The notes below the pieces were generated by a model. The model saw only the letters and a list, made by a program, of their open reading frames with translations. It did no database searches and was not told where the DNA came from. From assembly GCA_046563655.1 (NCBI GenBank), contig JAJCTO010000011.1, positions 682,001-746,000 on the forward strand: a DNA stretch of 64,000 bases. Reading direction: 5' to 3'. This stretch comes from Yuukianura sp. NJ FZ-2021 (Eukaryota). Both the position numbers and the translations under genes were made by a program. This document shows, piece after piece, positions 15,001 through 28,495 of the stretch (its first letter is position 1; each line of letters begins with the position of its first letter).

Positions 15001-18000
15001 TGTGTTCCTAAGTAAAACACAGTAGCAGTTAGAGGTCAAATGTAACCAACAACGAGTACAAGCATGATATTCAGCTGTCATGACTAGAGATAAAAATTTT
15101 TACATGTTGGCGTCATGGGGTCGTTCTGCAAAATTTTCTTTTAGTGCAATCGAGAGGTGCCAGGAATCGACATGTGGCGAAAAGTGCGACAACTAGTGTG
15201 TTCCTAAGTAAAACACAGTAGCAGTTAGAGGTCAAATGTAACCAACAACGAGTACAAGCATGATATTCAGCTGTCATGACTAGAGATAAAAATTTTTACA
15301 TGTTGGCGTCATGGGGTCGTTCTGCAAAATTTTCTTTTAGTGCAATCGAGAGGTGCCAGGAATCGACATGTGGCGAAAAGTGCGACAACTAGTGTGTTCC
15401 TAAGTAAAACACAGTAGCAGTTAGAGGTCAAATGTAACCAACAACGAGTACAAGCATGATATTCAGCTGTCATGACTAGAGATAAAAATTTTTACATGTT
15501 GGCGTCATGGGGTCGTTCTGCAAAATTTTCTTTTAGTGCAATCGAGAGGTGCCAGGAATCGACATGTGGCGAAAAGTGCGACAACTAGTGTGTTCCTAAG
15601 TAAAACACAGTAGCAGTTAGAGGTCAAATGTAGCCAACAACGAGTACAAGCATGATATTCAGCTGTCATGACTAGAGATAAAAATTTTTACATTTTGGCG
15701 TCATGGGGTCGTTCTGCAAAATTTTCTTTTAGTGCAATCGAGAGGTGCCAGGAATCGACATGTGGCGAAAAGTACGACAACTAGTGTGTTCCTAAGTAAA
15801 ACACAGTAGCAGTTAGAGGTCAAATGTAACCAACAACGGGTACAAGCATGATATTCAGCTGTCATGACTAGAGATAAAAATTTTTACATGTTGGCGTCAT
15901 GGGGTCGTTCTGCAAAATTTTCTTTTAGTGCAATCGAGAGGTGCCAGGAATCGACATGTGGCGAAAAGTGCGACAACTAGTGTGTTCCTAAGTAAAACAC
16001 AGTAGCAGTTAGAGGTCAAATGTAACCAACAACGAGTACAAGCATGATATTCAGCTGTCATGACTAGAGATAAAAATTTTTACATGTTGGCGTCATGGGG
16101 TCGTTCTGCAAAATTTTCTTTTAGTGCAATCGAGAGGTGCCAGGAATCGACATGTGGCGAAAAGTGCGACAACTAGTGTGTTCCTAAGTAAAACACAGTA
16201 GCAGTTAGAGGTCAAATGTAACCAACAACGAGTACAAGCATGATATTCAGCTGTCATGACTAGAGATAAAAATTTTTACATGTTGGCGTCATGGGGTCGT
16301 TCTGCAAAATTTTCTTTTAGTGCAATCGAGAGGTGCCAGGAATCGACATGTGGCGAAAAGTGCGACAACTAGTGTGTTCCTAAGTAAAACACAGTAGCAG
16401 TTAGAGGTCAAATGTAACCAACAACGAGTACAAGCATGATATTCAGCTGTCATGACTAGAGATAAAATTTTTACATGTTGGCGTCATGGGGTCGTTCTGC
16501 AAAATTTTCTTTTAGTGCAATCGAGAGGTGCCAGGAATCGACATGTGGCGAAAAGTGCGACAACTAGTGTGTTCCTAAGTAAAACACAGTAGCAGTTAGA
16601 GGTCAAATGTAACCAACAACGAGTACAAGCATGATATTCAGCTGTCATGACTAGAGATAAAAATTTTTACATGCTGGCGTCATGGGGTCGTTCTGCAAAA
16701 TTTTCTTTTAGTGCAATCGAGAGGTGCCAGGAATCGACATGTGGCGAAAAGTGCGACAACTAGTGTGTTCCTAAGTAAAACACAGTAGCAGTTAGAGGTC
16801 AAATGTAACCAACAACGAGTACAAGCATGATATTCAGCTGTCATGACTAGAGATAAAAATTTTTACATGTTGGCGTCATGGGGTCGTTCTGCAAAATTTT
16901 CTTTTAGTGCAATCGAGAGGTGCCAGGAATCGACATGTGGCGAAAAGTACGACAACTAGTGTGTTCCTAAGTAAAACACAGTAGCAGTTAGAGGTCAAAT
17001 GTAACCAACAACGAGTACAAGCATGATATTCAGCTGTCATGACTAGAGATAAAAATTTTTACATGTTGGCGTCATGGGGTCGTTCTGCAAAATTTTCTTT
17101 TAGTGCAATCGAGAGGTGCCAGGAATCGACATGTGGCGAAAAGTGCGACAACTAGTGTGTTCCTAAGTAAAACACAGTAGCAGTTAGAGGTCAAATGTAA
17201 CCAACAACGAGTACAAGCATGATATTCAGCTGTCATGACTAGAGATAAAAATTTTTACATGTTGGCGTCATGGGGTCGTTCTGCAAAATTTTCTTTTAGT
17301 GCAATCGAGAGGTGCCAGGAATCGACATGTGGCGAAAGGTGCGACAACTAGTGTGTTCCTAAGTAAAACACAGTAGCAGTTAGAGGTCAAATGTAACCAA
17401 CAACGAGTACAAGCATGATATTCAGCTGTCATGACTAGAGATAAAAATTTTTACATGTTGGCGTCATGGGGTCGTTCTGCAAAATTTTCTTTTAGTGCAA
17501 TCGAGAGGTGCCAGGAATCGACATGTGGCGAAAGGTGCGACAACTAGTGTGTTCCTAAGTAAAACACAGTAGCAGTTAGAGGTCAAATGTAACCAACAAC
17601 GAGTACAAGCATGATATTCAGCTGTCATGACTAGAGATAAAAATTTTTACATGTTGGCGTCATGGGGTCGTTCTGCAAAATTTTCTTTTAGTGCAATCGA
17701 GAGGTGCCAGGAATCGACATGTGGCGAAAGGTGCGACAACTAGTGTGTTCCTAAGTAAAACACAGTAGCAGTTAGAGGTCAAATGTAACCAACAACGAGT
17801 ACAAGCATGATATTCGGCTGTCATGACTAGAGATAAAAATTTTTACATTTTGGCGTCATGGGGTCGTTCTGCAAAATTTTCTTTTAGTGCAATCGAGAGG
17901 TGCCAGGAATCGACATGTGGCGAAAAGTACGACAACTAGTGTGTTCCTAAGTAAAACACAGTAGCAGTTAGAGGTCAAATGTAACCAACAACGGGTACAA

Positions 18001-21000
18001 GCATGATATTCAGCTGTCATGACTAGAGATAAAAATTTTTACATTTTGGCGTCATGGGGTCGTTCTGCAAAATTTTCTTTTAGTGCAATCGAGAGGTGCC
18101 AGGAATCGACATGTGGCGAAAAGTGCGACAACTAGTGTGTTCCTAAGTAAAACACAGTAGCAGTTAGAGGTCAAATGTAACCAACAACGAGTACAAGCAT
18201 GATATTCAGCTGTCATGACTAGAGATAAAAATTTTTACATTTTGGCGTCATGGGGTCGTTCTGCAAAATTTTCTTTTAGTGCAATCGAGAGGTGCCAGGA
18301 ATCGACATGTGGCGAAAAGTGCGACAACTAGTGTGTTCCTAAGTAAAACACAGTAGCAGTTAGAGGTCAAATGTAACCAACAACGAGTACAAGCATGATA
18401 TTCAGCTGTCATGACTAGAGATAAAAATTTTTACATTTTGGCGTCATGGGGTCGTTCTGCAAAATTTTCTTTTAGTGCAATCGAGAGGTGCCAGGAATCG
18501 ACATGTGGCGAAAAGTGCGACAACTAGTGTGTTCCTAAGTAAAACACAGTAGCAGTTAGAGGTCAAATGTAACCAACAACGAGTACAAGCATGATATTCA
18601 GCTGTCATGACTAGAGATAAAAATTTTTACATTTTGGCGTCATGGGGTCGTTCTGCAAAATTTTCTTTTAGTGCAATCGAGAGGTGCCAGGAATCGACAT
18701 GTGGCGAAAAGTACGACAACTAGTGTGTTCCTAAGTAAAACACAGTAGCAGTTAGAGGTCAAATGTAACCAACAACGGGTACAAGCATGATATTCAGCTG
18801 TCATGACTAGAGATAAAAATTTTTACATTTTGGCGTCATGGGGTCGTTCTGCAAAATTTTCTTTTAGTGCAATCGAGAGGTGCCAGGAATCGACATGTGG
18901 CGAAAAGTGCGACAACTAGTGTGTTCCTAAGTAAAACACAGTAGCAGTTAGAGGTCAAATGTAACCAACAACGGGTACAAGCATGATATTCAGCTGTCAT
19001 GACTAGAGATAAAAATTTTTACATTTTGGCGTCATGGGGTCGTTCTGCAAAATTTTCTTTTAGTGCAATCGAGAGGTGCCAGGAATCGACATGTGGCGAA
19101 AAGTGCGACAACTAGTGTGTTCCTAAGTAAAACACAGTAGCAGTTAGAGGTCAAATGTAACCAACAACGAGTACAAGCATGATATTCAGCTGTCATGACT
19201 AGAGATAAAAATTTTTACATTTTGGCGTCATGGGGTCGTTCTGCAAAATTTTCTTTTAGTGCAATCGAGAGGTGCCATGAATCGACATGTGGCGAAAAGT
19301 GCGACAACTAGTGTGTTCCTAAGTAAAACACAGTAGCAGTTAGAGGTCAAATGTAACCAACAACGAGTACAAGCATGATATTCAGCTGTCATGACTAGAG
19401 ATAAAAATTTTTACATGTTGGCGTCATGGGGTCGTTCTGCAAAATTTTCTTTTAGTGCAATCGAGAGGTGCCAGGAATCGACATGTGGCGAAAAGTGCGA
19501 CAACTAGTGTGTTCCTAAGTAAAACACAGTAGCAGTTAGAGGTCAAATGTAACCAACAACGAGTACAAGCATGATATTCAGCTGTCATGACTAGAGATAA
19601 AAATTTTTACATTTTGGCGTCATGGGGTCGTTCTGCAAAATTTTCTTTTAGTGCAATCGAGAGGTGCCAGGAATCGACATGTGGCGAAAAGTGCGACAAC
19701 TAGTGTGTTCCTAAGTAAAACACAGTAGCAGTTAGAGGTCAAATGTAACCAACAACGAGTACAAGCATGATATTCAGCTGTCATGACTAGAGATAAAAAT
19801 TTTTACATGTTGGCGTCATGGGGTCGTTCTGCAAAATTTTCTTTTAGTGCAATCGAGAGGTGCCATGAATCGACATGTGGCGAAAAGTGCGACAACTAGT
19901 GTGTTCCTAAGTAAAACACAGTAGCAGTTAGAGGTCAAATGTAACCAACAACGAGTACAAGCATGATATTCGGCTGTCATGACTAGAGATAAAAATTTTT
20001 ACATTTTGGCGTCATGGGGTCGTTCTGCAAAATTTTCTTTTAGTGCAATCGAGAGGTGCCAGGAATCGACATGTGGCGAAAAGTACGACAACTAGTGTGT
20101 TCCTAAGTAAAACACAGTAGCAGTTAGAGGTCAAATGTAACCAACAACGAGTACAAGCATGATATTCAGCTGTCATGATTAGAGATAAAAATTTTTACAT
20201 GTTGGCGTCATGGGGTCGTTCTGCAAAATTTTCTTTTAGTGCAATCGAGAGGTGCCAGGAATCGACATGTGGCGAAAGGTGCGACAACTAGTGTGTTCCT
20301 AAGTAAAACACAGTAGCAGTTAGAGGTCAAATGTAACCAACAACGGGTACAAGCATGATATTCAGCTGTCATGACTAGAGATAAAAATTTTTACATGTTG
20401 GCGTCATGGGGTCGTTCTGCAAAATTTTCTTTTAGTGCAATCGAGAGGTGCCAGGAATCGACATGTGGCGAAAGGTGCGACAACTAGTGTGTTCCTAAGT
20501 AAAACACAGTAGCAGTTAGAGGTCAAATGTAACCAACAACGAGTACAAGCATGATATTCGGCTGTCATGACTAGAGATAAAAATTTTTACATGTTGGCGT
20601 CATGGGGTCGTTCTGCAAAATTTTCTTTTAGTGCAATCGAGAGGTGCCAGGAATCGACATGTGGCGAAAGGTGCGACAACTAGTGTGTTCCTAAGTAAAA
20701 CACAGTAGCAGTTAGAGGTCAAATGTAACCAACAACGAGTACAAGCATGATATTCAGTTGTCATGACTAGAGATAAAAATTTTTACATGTTGGCGTCATG
20801 GGGTCGTTCTGCAAAATTTTCTTTTAGTGCAATCGAGAGGTGCCAGGAATCGACATGTGGCGAAAGGTGCGACAACTAGTGTGTTCCTAAGTAAAACACA
20901 GTAGCAGTTAGAGGTCAAATGTAACCAACAACGAGTACAAGCATGATATTCGGCTGTCATGACTAGAGATAAAAATTTTTACATTTTGGCGTCATGGGGT

Positions 21001-24000
21001 CGTTCTGCAAAATTTTCTTTTAGTGCAATCGAGAGGTGCCAGGAATCGACATGTGGCGAAAAGTACGACAACTAGTGTGTTCCTAAGTAAAACACAGTAG
21101 CAGTTAGAGGTCAAATGTAACCAACAACGAGTACAAGCATGATATTCGGCTGTCATGACTAGAGATAAAAATTTTTACATGTTGGCGTCATGGGTCGTTC
21201 TGCAAAATTTTCTTTTAGTGCAATCGAGAGGTGCCAGGAATCGACATGTGGCGAAAAGTGCGACAACTAGTGTGTTCCTAAGTAAAACACAGTAGCAGTT
21301 AGAGGTCAAATGTAACCAACAACGAGTACAAGCATGATATTCGGCTGTCATGACTAGAGATAAAAATTTTTACATGTTGGCGTCATGGGTCGTTCTGCAA
21401 AATTTTCTTTTAGTGCAATCGAGAGGTGCCAGGAATCGACATGTGGCGAAAGGTGCGACAACTAGTGTGTTCCTAAGTAAAACACAGTAGCAGTTAGAGG
21501 TCAAATGTAACCAACAACGAGTACAAGCATGATATTCGGCTGTCATGACTAGAGATAAAAATTTTTACATGTTGGCGTCATGGGGTCGTTCTGCAAAATT
21601 TTCTTTTAGTGCAATCGAGAGGTGCCAGGAATCGACATGTGGCGAAAGGTGCGACAACTAGTGTGTTCCTAAGTAAAACACAGTAGCAGTTAGAGGTCAA
21701 ATGTAACCAACAACGAGTACAAGCATGATATTCAGTTGTCATGACTAGAGATAAAAATTTTTACATGTTGGCGTCATGGGGTCGTTCTGCAAAATTTTCT
21801 TTTAGTGCAATCGAGAGGTGCCAGGAATCGACATGTGGCGAAAGGTGCGACAACTAGTGTGTTCCTAAGTAAAACACAGTAGCAGTTAGAGGTCAAATGT
21901 AACCAACAACGAGTACAAGCATGATATTCCGCTGTCATGACTAGAGATAAAAATTTTTACATGTTGGCGTCATTGGGTCGTTCTGCAAAATTTTCTTTTA
22001 GTGCAACCGAGAGGTGCCAGGAATCGACATGTGGCGAAAAGTGCGACAACTAGTGTGTTCCTAAGTAAAACACAGTAGCAGTTAGAGGTCAAATGTAACC
22101 AACAACGAGTACAAGCATGATATTCAGCTGTCATGACTAGAGATAAAAATTTTTACATGTTGGCGTCATGGGGTCGTTCTGCAAAATTTTCTTTTAGTGC
22201 AATCGAGAGGTGCCAGGAATCGACATGTGGCGAAAAGTGCGACAACTAGTGTGTTCCTAAGTAAAACACAGTAGCAGTTAGAGGTCAAATGTAACCAACA
22301 ACGAGTACAAGCATGATATTCAGCTGTCATGACTAGAGATAAAAATTTTTACATGTTGGCGTCATGGGGTCGTTCTGCAAAATTTTCTTTTAGTGCAATC
22401 GAGAGGTGCCATGAATCGACATGTGGCGAAAAGTGCGACAACTAGTGTGTTCCTAAGTAAAACACAGTAGCAGTTAGAGGTCAAATGTAACCAACAACGA
22501 GTACAAGCATGATATTCAGCTGTCATGACTAGAGATAAAAATTTTTACATGTTGGCGTCATGGGGTCGTTCTGCAAAATTTTCTTTTAGTGCAATCGAGA
22601 GGTGCCATGAATCGACATGTGGCGAAAAGTGCGACAACTAGTGTGTTCCTAAGTAAAACACAGTAGCAGTTAGAGGTCAAATGTAACCAACAACGAGTAC
22701 AAGCATGATATTCAGCTGTCATGACTAGAGATAAAAATTTTTACATGTTGGCGTCATGGGGTCGTTCTGCAAAATTTTCTTTTAGTGCAATCGAGAGGTG
22801 CCAGGAATCGACATGTGGCGAAAAGTGCGACAACTAGTGTGTTCCTAAGTAAAACACAGTAGCAGTCAGAGGTCAAATGTAACCAACAACGAGTACAAGC
22901 ATGATATTCCGCTGTCATGACTAGAGATAAAAATTTTTACATGTTGGCGTCATTGGGTCGTTCTGCAAAATTTTCTTTTAGTGCAACCGAGAGGTGCCAG
23001 GAATCGACATGTGGCGAAAAGTGCGACAACTAGTGTGTTCCTAAGTAAAACACAGTAGCAGTTAGAGGTCAAATGTAACCAACAACGAGTACAAGCATGA
23101 TATTCAGCTGTCATGACTAGAGATAAAAATTTTTACATGTTGGCGTCATGGGGTCGTTCTGCAAAATTTTCTTTTAGTGCAATCGAGAGGTGCCAGGAAT
23201 CGACATGTGGCGAAAAGTGCGACAACTAGTGTGTTCCTAAGTAAAACACAGTAGCAGTTAGAGGTCAAATGTAACCAACAACGAGTACAAGCATGATATT
23301 CAGCTGTCATGACTAGAGATAAAAATTTTTACATGTTGGCGTCATGGGGTCGTTCTGCAAAATTTTCTTTTAGTGCAATCGAGAGGTGCCATGAATCGAC
23401 ATGTGGCGAAAAGTGCGACAACTAGTGTGTTCCTAAGTAAAACACAGTAGCAGTCAGAGGTCAAATGTAACCAACAACGAGTACAAGCATGATATTCAGC
23501 TGTCATGACTAGAGATAAAAATTTTTACATGTTGGCGTCATTGGGTCGTTCTGCAAAATTTTCTTTTAGTGCAACCGAGAGGTGCCAGGAATCGACATGT
23601 GGCGAAAAGTGCGACAACTAGTGTGTTCCTAAGTAAAACACAGTAGCAGTTAGAGGTCAAATGTAACCAACAACGAGTACAAGCATGATATTCAGCTGTC
23701 ATGACTAGAGATAAAAATTTTTACATGTTGGCGTCATGGGGTCGTTCTGCAACATTTTCTTTTAGTGCAATCGAGAGGTGCCAGGAATCGACATGTGGCG
23801 AAAAGTGCGACAACTAGTGTGTTCCTAAGTAAAACACAGTAGCAGTTAGAGGTCAAATGTAACCAACAACGGGTACAAGCATGATATTCAGCTGTCATGA
23901 CTAGAGATAAAAATTTTTACATGTTGGCGTCATGGGGTCGTTCTGCAAAATTTTCTTTTAGTGCAATCGAGAGGTGCCAGGAATCGACATGTGGCGAAAA

Positions 24001-24432
24001 GTGCGACAACTAGTGTGTTCCTAAGTAAAACACAGTAGCAGTCAGAGGTCAAATGTAACCAACAACGAGTACAAGCATGATATTCAGCTGTCATGACTAG
24101 AGATAAAAATTTTTACATGTTGGCGTCATTGGGTCGTTCTGCAAAATTTTCTTTTAGTGCAATCGAGAGGTGCCAGGAATCGACATGTGGCGAAAAGTGC
24201 GACAACTAGTGTGTTCCTAAGTAAAACACAGTAGCAGTTAGAGGTCAAATGTAACCAACAACGAGTACAAGCATGATATTCAGCTGTCATGACTAGAGAT
24301 AAAAATTTTTACATGCTGGCGTCATGGGGTCGTTCTGCAAAATTTTCTTTTAGTGCAATCGAGAGGTGCCAGGAATCGACATGTGGCGAAAAGTGCGACA
24401 ACTAGTGTGTTCCTAAGTAAAACACAGTAGCA
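1..24432. repeat. 196-bp tandem satellite array, left block (~125 monomers, runs off the window start)
   Basis: ATTTTTACATGTTGGCG recurs at 1, 197 and onward with a 196-bp period. All copies are head-to-tail in one orientation and differ by only a few SNPs or 1-bp indels. Confidence 0.99.
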
Positions 24433-24539
24433 TGTATGTTTTTCAGAGGGATCTCTAAGTGCATTAGGCACAGAGAGGATCTCGGCGATGAGGCGCACTG
24501 TCGGGCCTATTTCGCTCTCTCCATAACACCAATTTAATT

Positions 24540-26147
24540 TCAGGGATTAACTCTCCCGCCGCTAACCTTCGCTCTTTTTAATTGTCGGACGAATTCCGTT
24601 AGTTCAGAGAGAGAAGTGTTTTTAAGATCCTCTTTTCTCAAGAGGTATACCCCAAATGCCTTTAGCCTTGGGTTCATGTGTGCCTCACACTCCATCAGTA
24701 GGTGATCACGGGTCTCTTCCTTATATCCACAGTGTGGACATAAAGGCGACTCCGCGATCCCTATCCTATAGAGGTGTTTGGCATATTGTCCATGTCCTGT
24801 GATCAATTCTGTTAGAGATTTAAGATCTTCTCTATTTAGTTTTAAGCAGTGCTTAGCATTTTTGCTATATATTTTTGTGAGGACTTTTTTGGAGTCCTCA
24901 CATCCTTTTTGTGCACACCATCTTTTTTCATGACAGGTTCTGGAATAGTCATTGATTGCAGTTACTATTGTGCTGTATGGGATTGGTAATATTGGTTCTG
25001 GTCCAATACATTTTGTGTAAGCAGCCGCCTTCGCTAAACTGTCCACTATTTCATTGCCTACGTACCCCTTATGTGCTGGTATCCAGTTAACATTTACCGG
25101 ACATATTGTGTTGATTTTGTTAAGTGTTCTGTGGGACTGATAAATAAGGGTTGTACTCTCATCATTTTTGCCCATTAGGCTTTTAACAACTCCTTGGTTG
25201 TCGATATAAATTTCAACAAGTGTTATGTTCTTATATTCTGATTGGTCTGTAGACAGGGTCTTTTCAACCCAATCAACAGCCGAGAGTAAAGCGTACGCCT
25301 CCGCTTGAAAGACGCTTGTACACTGTCCAAGGGGATATAGTTCACTTTGTAGTATTTTGTTACCATTCAGTACTACATATGCAGCACCAGAAGAATTTAT
25401 TTTAGATCCATCAGTAAAGACCTGGAGGACCGAAGCGCTACGCCTCGGCTCCCCCTCCTCTTCCCAATGTTTCCGTTTCTTTATTAGTATATTGTAATTA
25501 GGTGAGATTTGATTTATGAATTTTGTTTCAGTTGGTAGCATGAGGAGTGGGAGATTATTTCTCCATTCCTCACATTGTTTTATATGGGTATTTCTTTTTA
25601 GAAGCCCCATGGATTTCCATGGTAGCCAGTCTTTATGGTCAATTAACCTTAACATTGTTTTAATGCACAATGTCATGATGTGAAGGTCGATTGGGCGTAT
25701 GTCTATAATACACTCCATGCTCGCAGTTGGCGTAGATCGCATTGCCCCTGTGATGTTGAGCAATGCGGCCCTTTGCGCTTTTTGCAACATGGTTAGTGTA
25801 TTTTGTTTGGTTACTGCAGTTGCCCAGCAAACACACGCATGCGTGATCCTCGGGCGGACAATAGCAGTATAAATCCAGCAACATATTTTAGGATTGAGTC
25901 CCCACGTTGTGGATATGGCTCGTTTACACTGATGCAGGGTGATTACTCCTGCAAGTGCTTTGGTTTTACAATGTTCAGTCCATGTTAGTTTGGAATCAAG
26001 CCATACACCAAGGTGCTTGACTACCTTACCGTAAGATATGCTTATACCATTTAGTTGTAATATAGAGTTTGGTATTTTTCTACTGTTTGTGAATAGTACA
26101 GCTTCAATTTTATTGGGGTTTACCCCAGTCGAATCGTTTTGCACCAT
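24540..26147 (-). CDS. LINE ORF2, C-terminal part: end of RT, RNase H, C-terminal Cys/His motif (frameshifted from 26120-28309)
   Basis: VNPNKIEAVLF and VKHLGVWLDSKLTW (RT end); VFTDGSK, SVFQAE, IYIDNQ and WIPAHKGYVGNEIVDSLAK (RNase H); CPHC...ETRDHLLMEC. Confidence 0.92.
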   Translation of the reverse strand: MVQNDSTGVNPNKIEAVLFTNSRKIPNSILQLNGISISYGKVVKHLGVWLDSKLTWTEHCKTKALAGVITLHQCKRAISTTWGLNPKICCWIYTAIVRPRITHACVCWATAVTKQNTLTMLQKAQRAALLNITGAMRSTPTASMECIIDIRPIDLHIMTLCIKTMLRLIDHKDWLPWKSMGLLKRNTHIKQCEEWRNNLPLLMLPTETKFINQISPNYNILIKKRKHWEEEGEPRRSASVLQVFTDGSKINSSGAAYVVLNGNKILQSELYPLGQCTSVFQAEAYALLSAVDWVEKTLSTDQSEYKNITLVEIYIDNQGVVKSLMGKNDESTTLIYQSHRTLNKINTICPVNVNWIPAHKGYVGNEIVDSLAKAAAYTKCIGPEPILPIPYSTIVTAINDYSRTCHEKRWCAQKGCEDSKKVLTKIYSKNAKHCLKLNREDLKSLTELITGHGQYAKHLYRIGIAESPLCPHCGYKEETRDHLLMECEAHMNPRLKAFGVYLLRKEDLKNTSLSELTEFVRQLKRAKVSGGRVNP

Positions 26148-28309
26148 TTGTCAACAGTGTTTAGACTTTGTTGCATTATGTTGGCAATTGTCGACATATC
26201 CTTGCCACATTGTAGTAAGGAAACATCGTCCGCAAACCCTTGCGTGTTAATCTGCGGAAATTTAGTTCTTAGAATATACAGTAGTTCATCCAGAACCATA
26301 TTCCATAGGAGAGGTGAAAGAACGCCGCCTTGCGGGCATCCTTTCTGTACAGTTCTGTGTATTACTTTTCCATTCAGTTCACTGTATACGGTTCTGTTTG
26401 TTAACATGGACGATATCCAGTTGATAACCGTCTTGTCAACTTCGAATCGATTCAGTGCCTCTAGCATTGATTTGAATGTTGCTGCTGAGAACGCTCCCTC
26501 TATATCCAAGAACATGCCTAAAGCATGCTCGCTGGATTTCAGTGAGCGTTCAATTCTGCCTACCAGATTGTGCAGGGCAGAGTCGCAGCTGCGTCCCTTA
26601 AGGTAGGCATATTGTCCATTTTGTTCTAGCCTGGCTACAACATCAGGAGTTTTGATGTAGTTACTTATTAGTTTTTCCATAACCTTTAAAAGGAATGATG
26701 TTAATGTGATTGGCCTCCAAGATCCAACTTTGGTATAGCTGTCTTTTCCTGGCTTTGGTATGAAGACAACCCTTGCCCTGTTCCACAACATTGGAGTATA
26801 TCCAAGTTGCAGGCATGCTCGGGCTATTAAGTTGAGATATTTTATCATTTTTAGTGGTGCTTTCTGCAGCAAGGCTGGGAATATGTTGTCAGGCCCTGGG
26901 CTCTTGAATGCTTGAAAGCTGTTTATGCATGCTAGTATTTTTGCATCACTAACAATTTTGTTGATGGTCTCAGTATCATTTGATACTCCATCAGTATTAT
27001 AGTTTAAGCCCGCTAACTCGCTTTGAGCCTGCGGGTCGTTTGGAAAGTGATGATTCAGGAGACAATCTAAAGTTGCTTCCGGTGAGGCAGTATAACTCCC
27101 ATTCTCTAGCTGTATAGGACCCAGAGCTATGACTCTGTCTCCAGCTAGTATTTTGGTAGCCCTGGAGGCCTGTGGAACTTTTTCCACTTGACTGCAATAG
27201 TCTCTCCAGGCTCTGCGCTTTTCATTTCGCAGTTCTGCATTGTATTTATTGCGTGAATCTTGGTACAGTAACCAGGATTCATATGAGTAATTATTTTGTT
27301 GCGTTAAACGATGCAGCTTTCTGGATGCTTTCCTCATCAATGTGAGGGTTGATGTCCAATAGCTTTTCGTTGGTCCAGTTTTGCGTACCCGTTTTAACGG
27401 GCAGCTTCTCTCAAAGCATTTTGTTAGAATTTCACTAACAGTGCTAACTGCCTTATCAAGTTGCTCAACATTGAGTGGTTGTGTCATTTCCACATTTTGA
27501 AGTTCCTCCTCAACTAAGAAGTTGTAGTAGTCAAATTCTGTTTTTCTTTTATTTCGGTAAAATTCATTTTTGGGACTTTCAAGACCAAGTTCCCATTTTA
27601 TGTACTTATGGTCAGAGAAGGACTCTTCTTCCCCTACTCTCCATTTTGTTATTAAACCAATAACTTCCGTTGAAGCAATGGTGAGATCAATAACCTCCCT
27701 TCTACTTCTTGTAACGAAAGTTGGTTTATGTCCTTTGTTTACTACATGTAAATCTTTCTGTTCTAGAAATTCTAGTAATTGTTCACCCCTTGCATTACTG
27801 CCAGTGCTGCCCCATAACACGTGGTGTGCGTTTGAGTCGCAGCCAATAATCAGGGGTAATTCAGCCTTTTTACAATATTGAATTAATTTTGTTACGGTTT
27901 CAGACTCTACTGTACCGTCGTAAGGGAAATATACCGAAGCTAATACTAATGCGTTGCCACCGCAAGTTAGTTTAATAGCCATACAGTCTTTGTCTGAAAC
28001 GTCTAGTATAGGCCAAACGTCCAACCCGTCTGAGACTACCACGCATGCGCGGGGCCTTTCGCCAGATTTAACGTAGTAACAGCCCTTTTTAGCAAAATAG
28101 CAAACGCTATCCTTTCGTGTTGTTGGTTCCTGTATGAGTGCTACATAAGTACCCTCATGCATGAGCATTCTGCATAGTGAGGAGGCTGCTGCGGCTGCCC
28201 TATGTAAATTTATTTGAGTTATGCAAATTTTTTTGTAGTCGGGAGTAATGTTTTTAGTGTGGAGAGAAGCAGTGGATTCAACGTTACTACTTAGTGATGC
28301 TCTTGTCAT
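26120..28309 (-). CDS. LINE ORF2, N-terminal part: AP endonuclease and reverse transcriptase
   Basis: APE motifs QINLH, ALIQEP, GCDSNAHH.LWGS, IDLT and SDH. RT motifs KSPGPD, IPKPGK, WRPITLTS, FLDIEGAF, GCPQGGVLSPLLW and FADD. It ends WCKTIRLG* at a G4 run; adding one G joins it to VNPNK. Confidence 0.95.
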   Translation of the reverse strand: MTRASLSSNVESTASLHTKNITPDYKKICITQINLHRAAAAASSLCRMLMHEGTYVALIQEPTTRKDSVCYFAKKGCYYVKSGERPRACVVVSDGLDVWPILDVSDKDCMAIKLTCGGNALVLASVYFPYDGTVESETVTKLIQYCKKAELPLIIGCDSNAHHVLWGSTGSNARGEQLLEFLEQKDLHVVNKGHKPTFVTRSRREVIDLTIASTEVIGLITKWRVGEEESFSDHKYIKWELGLESPKNEFYRNKRKTEFDYYNFLVEEELQNVEMTQPLNVEQLDKAVSTVSEILTKCFERSCPLKRVRKTGPTKSYWTSTLTLMRKASRKLHRLTQQNNYSYESWLLYQDSRNKYNAELRNEKRRAWRDYCSQVEKVPQASRATKILAGDRVIALGPIQLENGSYTASPEATLDCLLNHHFPNDPQAQSELAGLNYNTDGVSNDTETINKIVSDAKILACINSFQAFKSPGPDNIFPALLQKAPLKMIKYLNLIARACLQLGYTPMLWNRARVVFIPKPGKDSYTKVGSWRPITLTSFLLKVMEKLISNYIKTPDVVARLEQNGQYAYLKGRSCDSALHNLVGRIERSLKSSEHALGMFLDIEGAFSAATFKSMLEALNRFEVDKTVINWISSMLTNRTVYSELNGKVIHRTVQKGCPQGGVLSPLLWNMVLDELLYILRTKFPQINTQGFADDVSLLQCGKDMSTIANIMQQSLNTVDKWCKTIRLG

Positions 28310-28495
28310 CCCACTCCAGTAGCATTCAATGAACTATGCACTGCTTCATTTATGTGTATTATTAGACTATCGTCGTAAATACTGTTGCTACATATAGTTT
28401 TTATATATTTTTTATTGCGATGTACTGTAGTACAAAGTAGGGAAACTATTGTGTAGTTTTGTTGGTAAGAAGATAGAACTGAGTAGCCTATACTA

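Noticed and set aside
1..24432. CRISPR array or tandem tRNA/5S/SL RNA gene cluster
   Set aside because: No unique spacers, and no cloverleaf, A/B boxes, 5S sequence or Sm site recognisable in the monomer; the context is eukaryotic.
24484..24498. Similarity between the LINE 3' UTR (TGCGCCTCATCGCC, minus strand) and the gypsy LTR (TGCGCCCTCATCGCC, ~61337-61351)
   Set aside because: Only a 10-bp exact core; expected by chance in ~21 kb of unique sequence.
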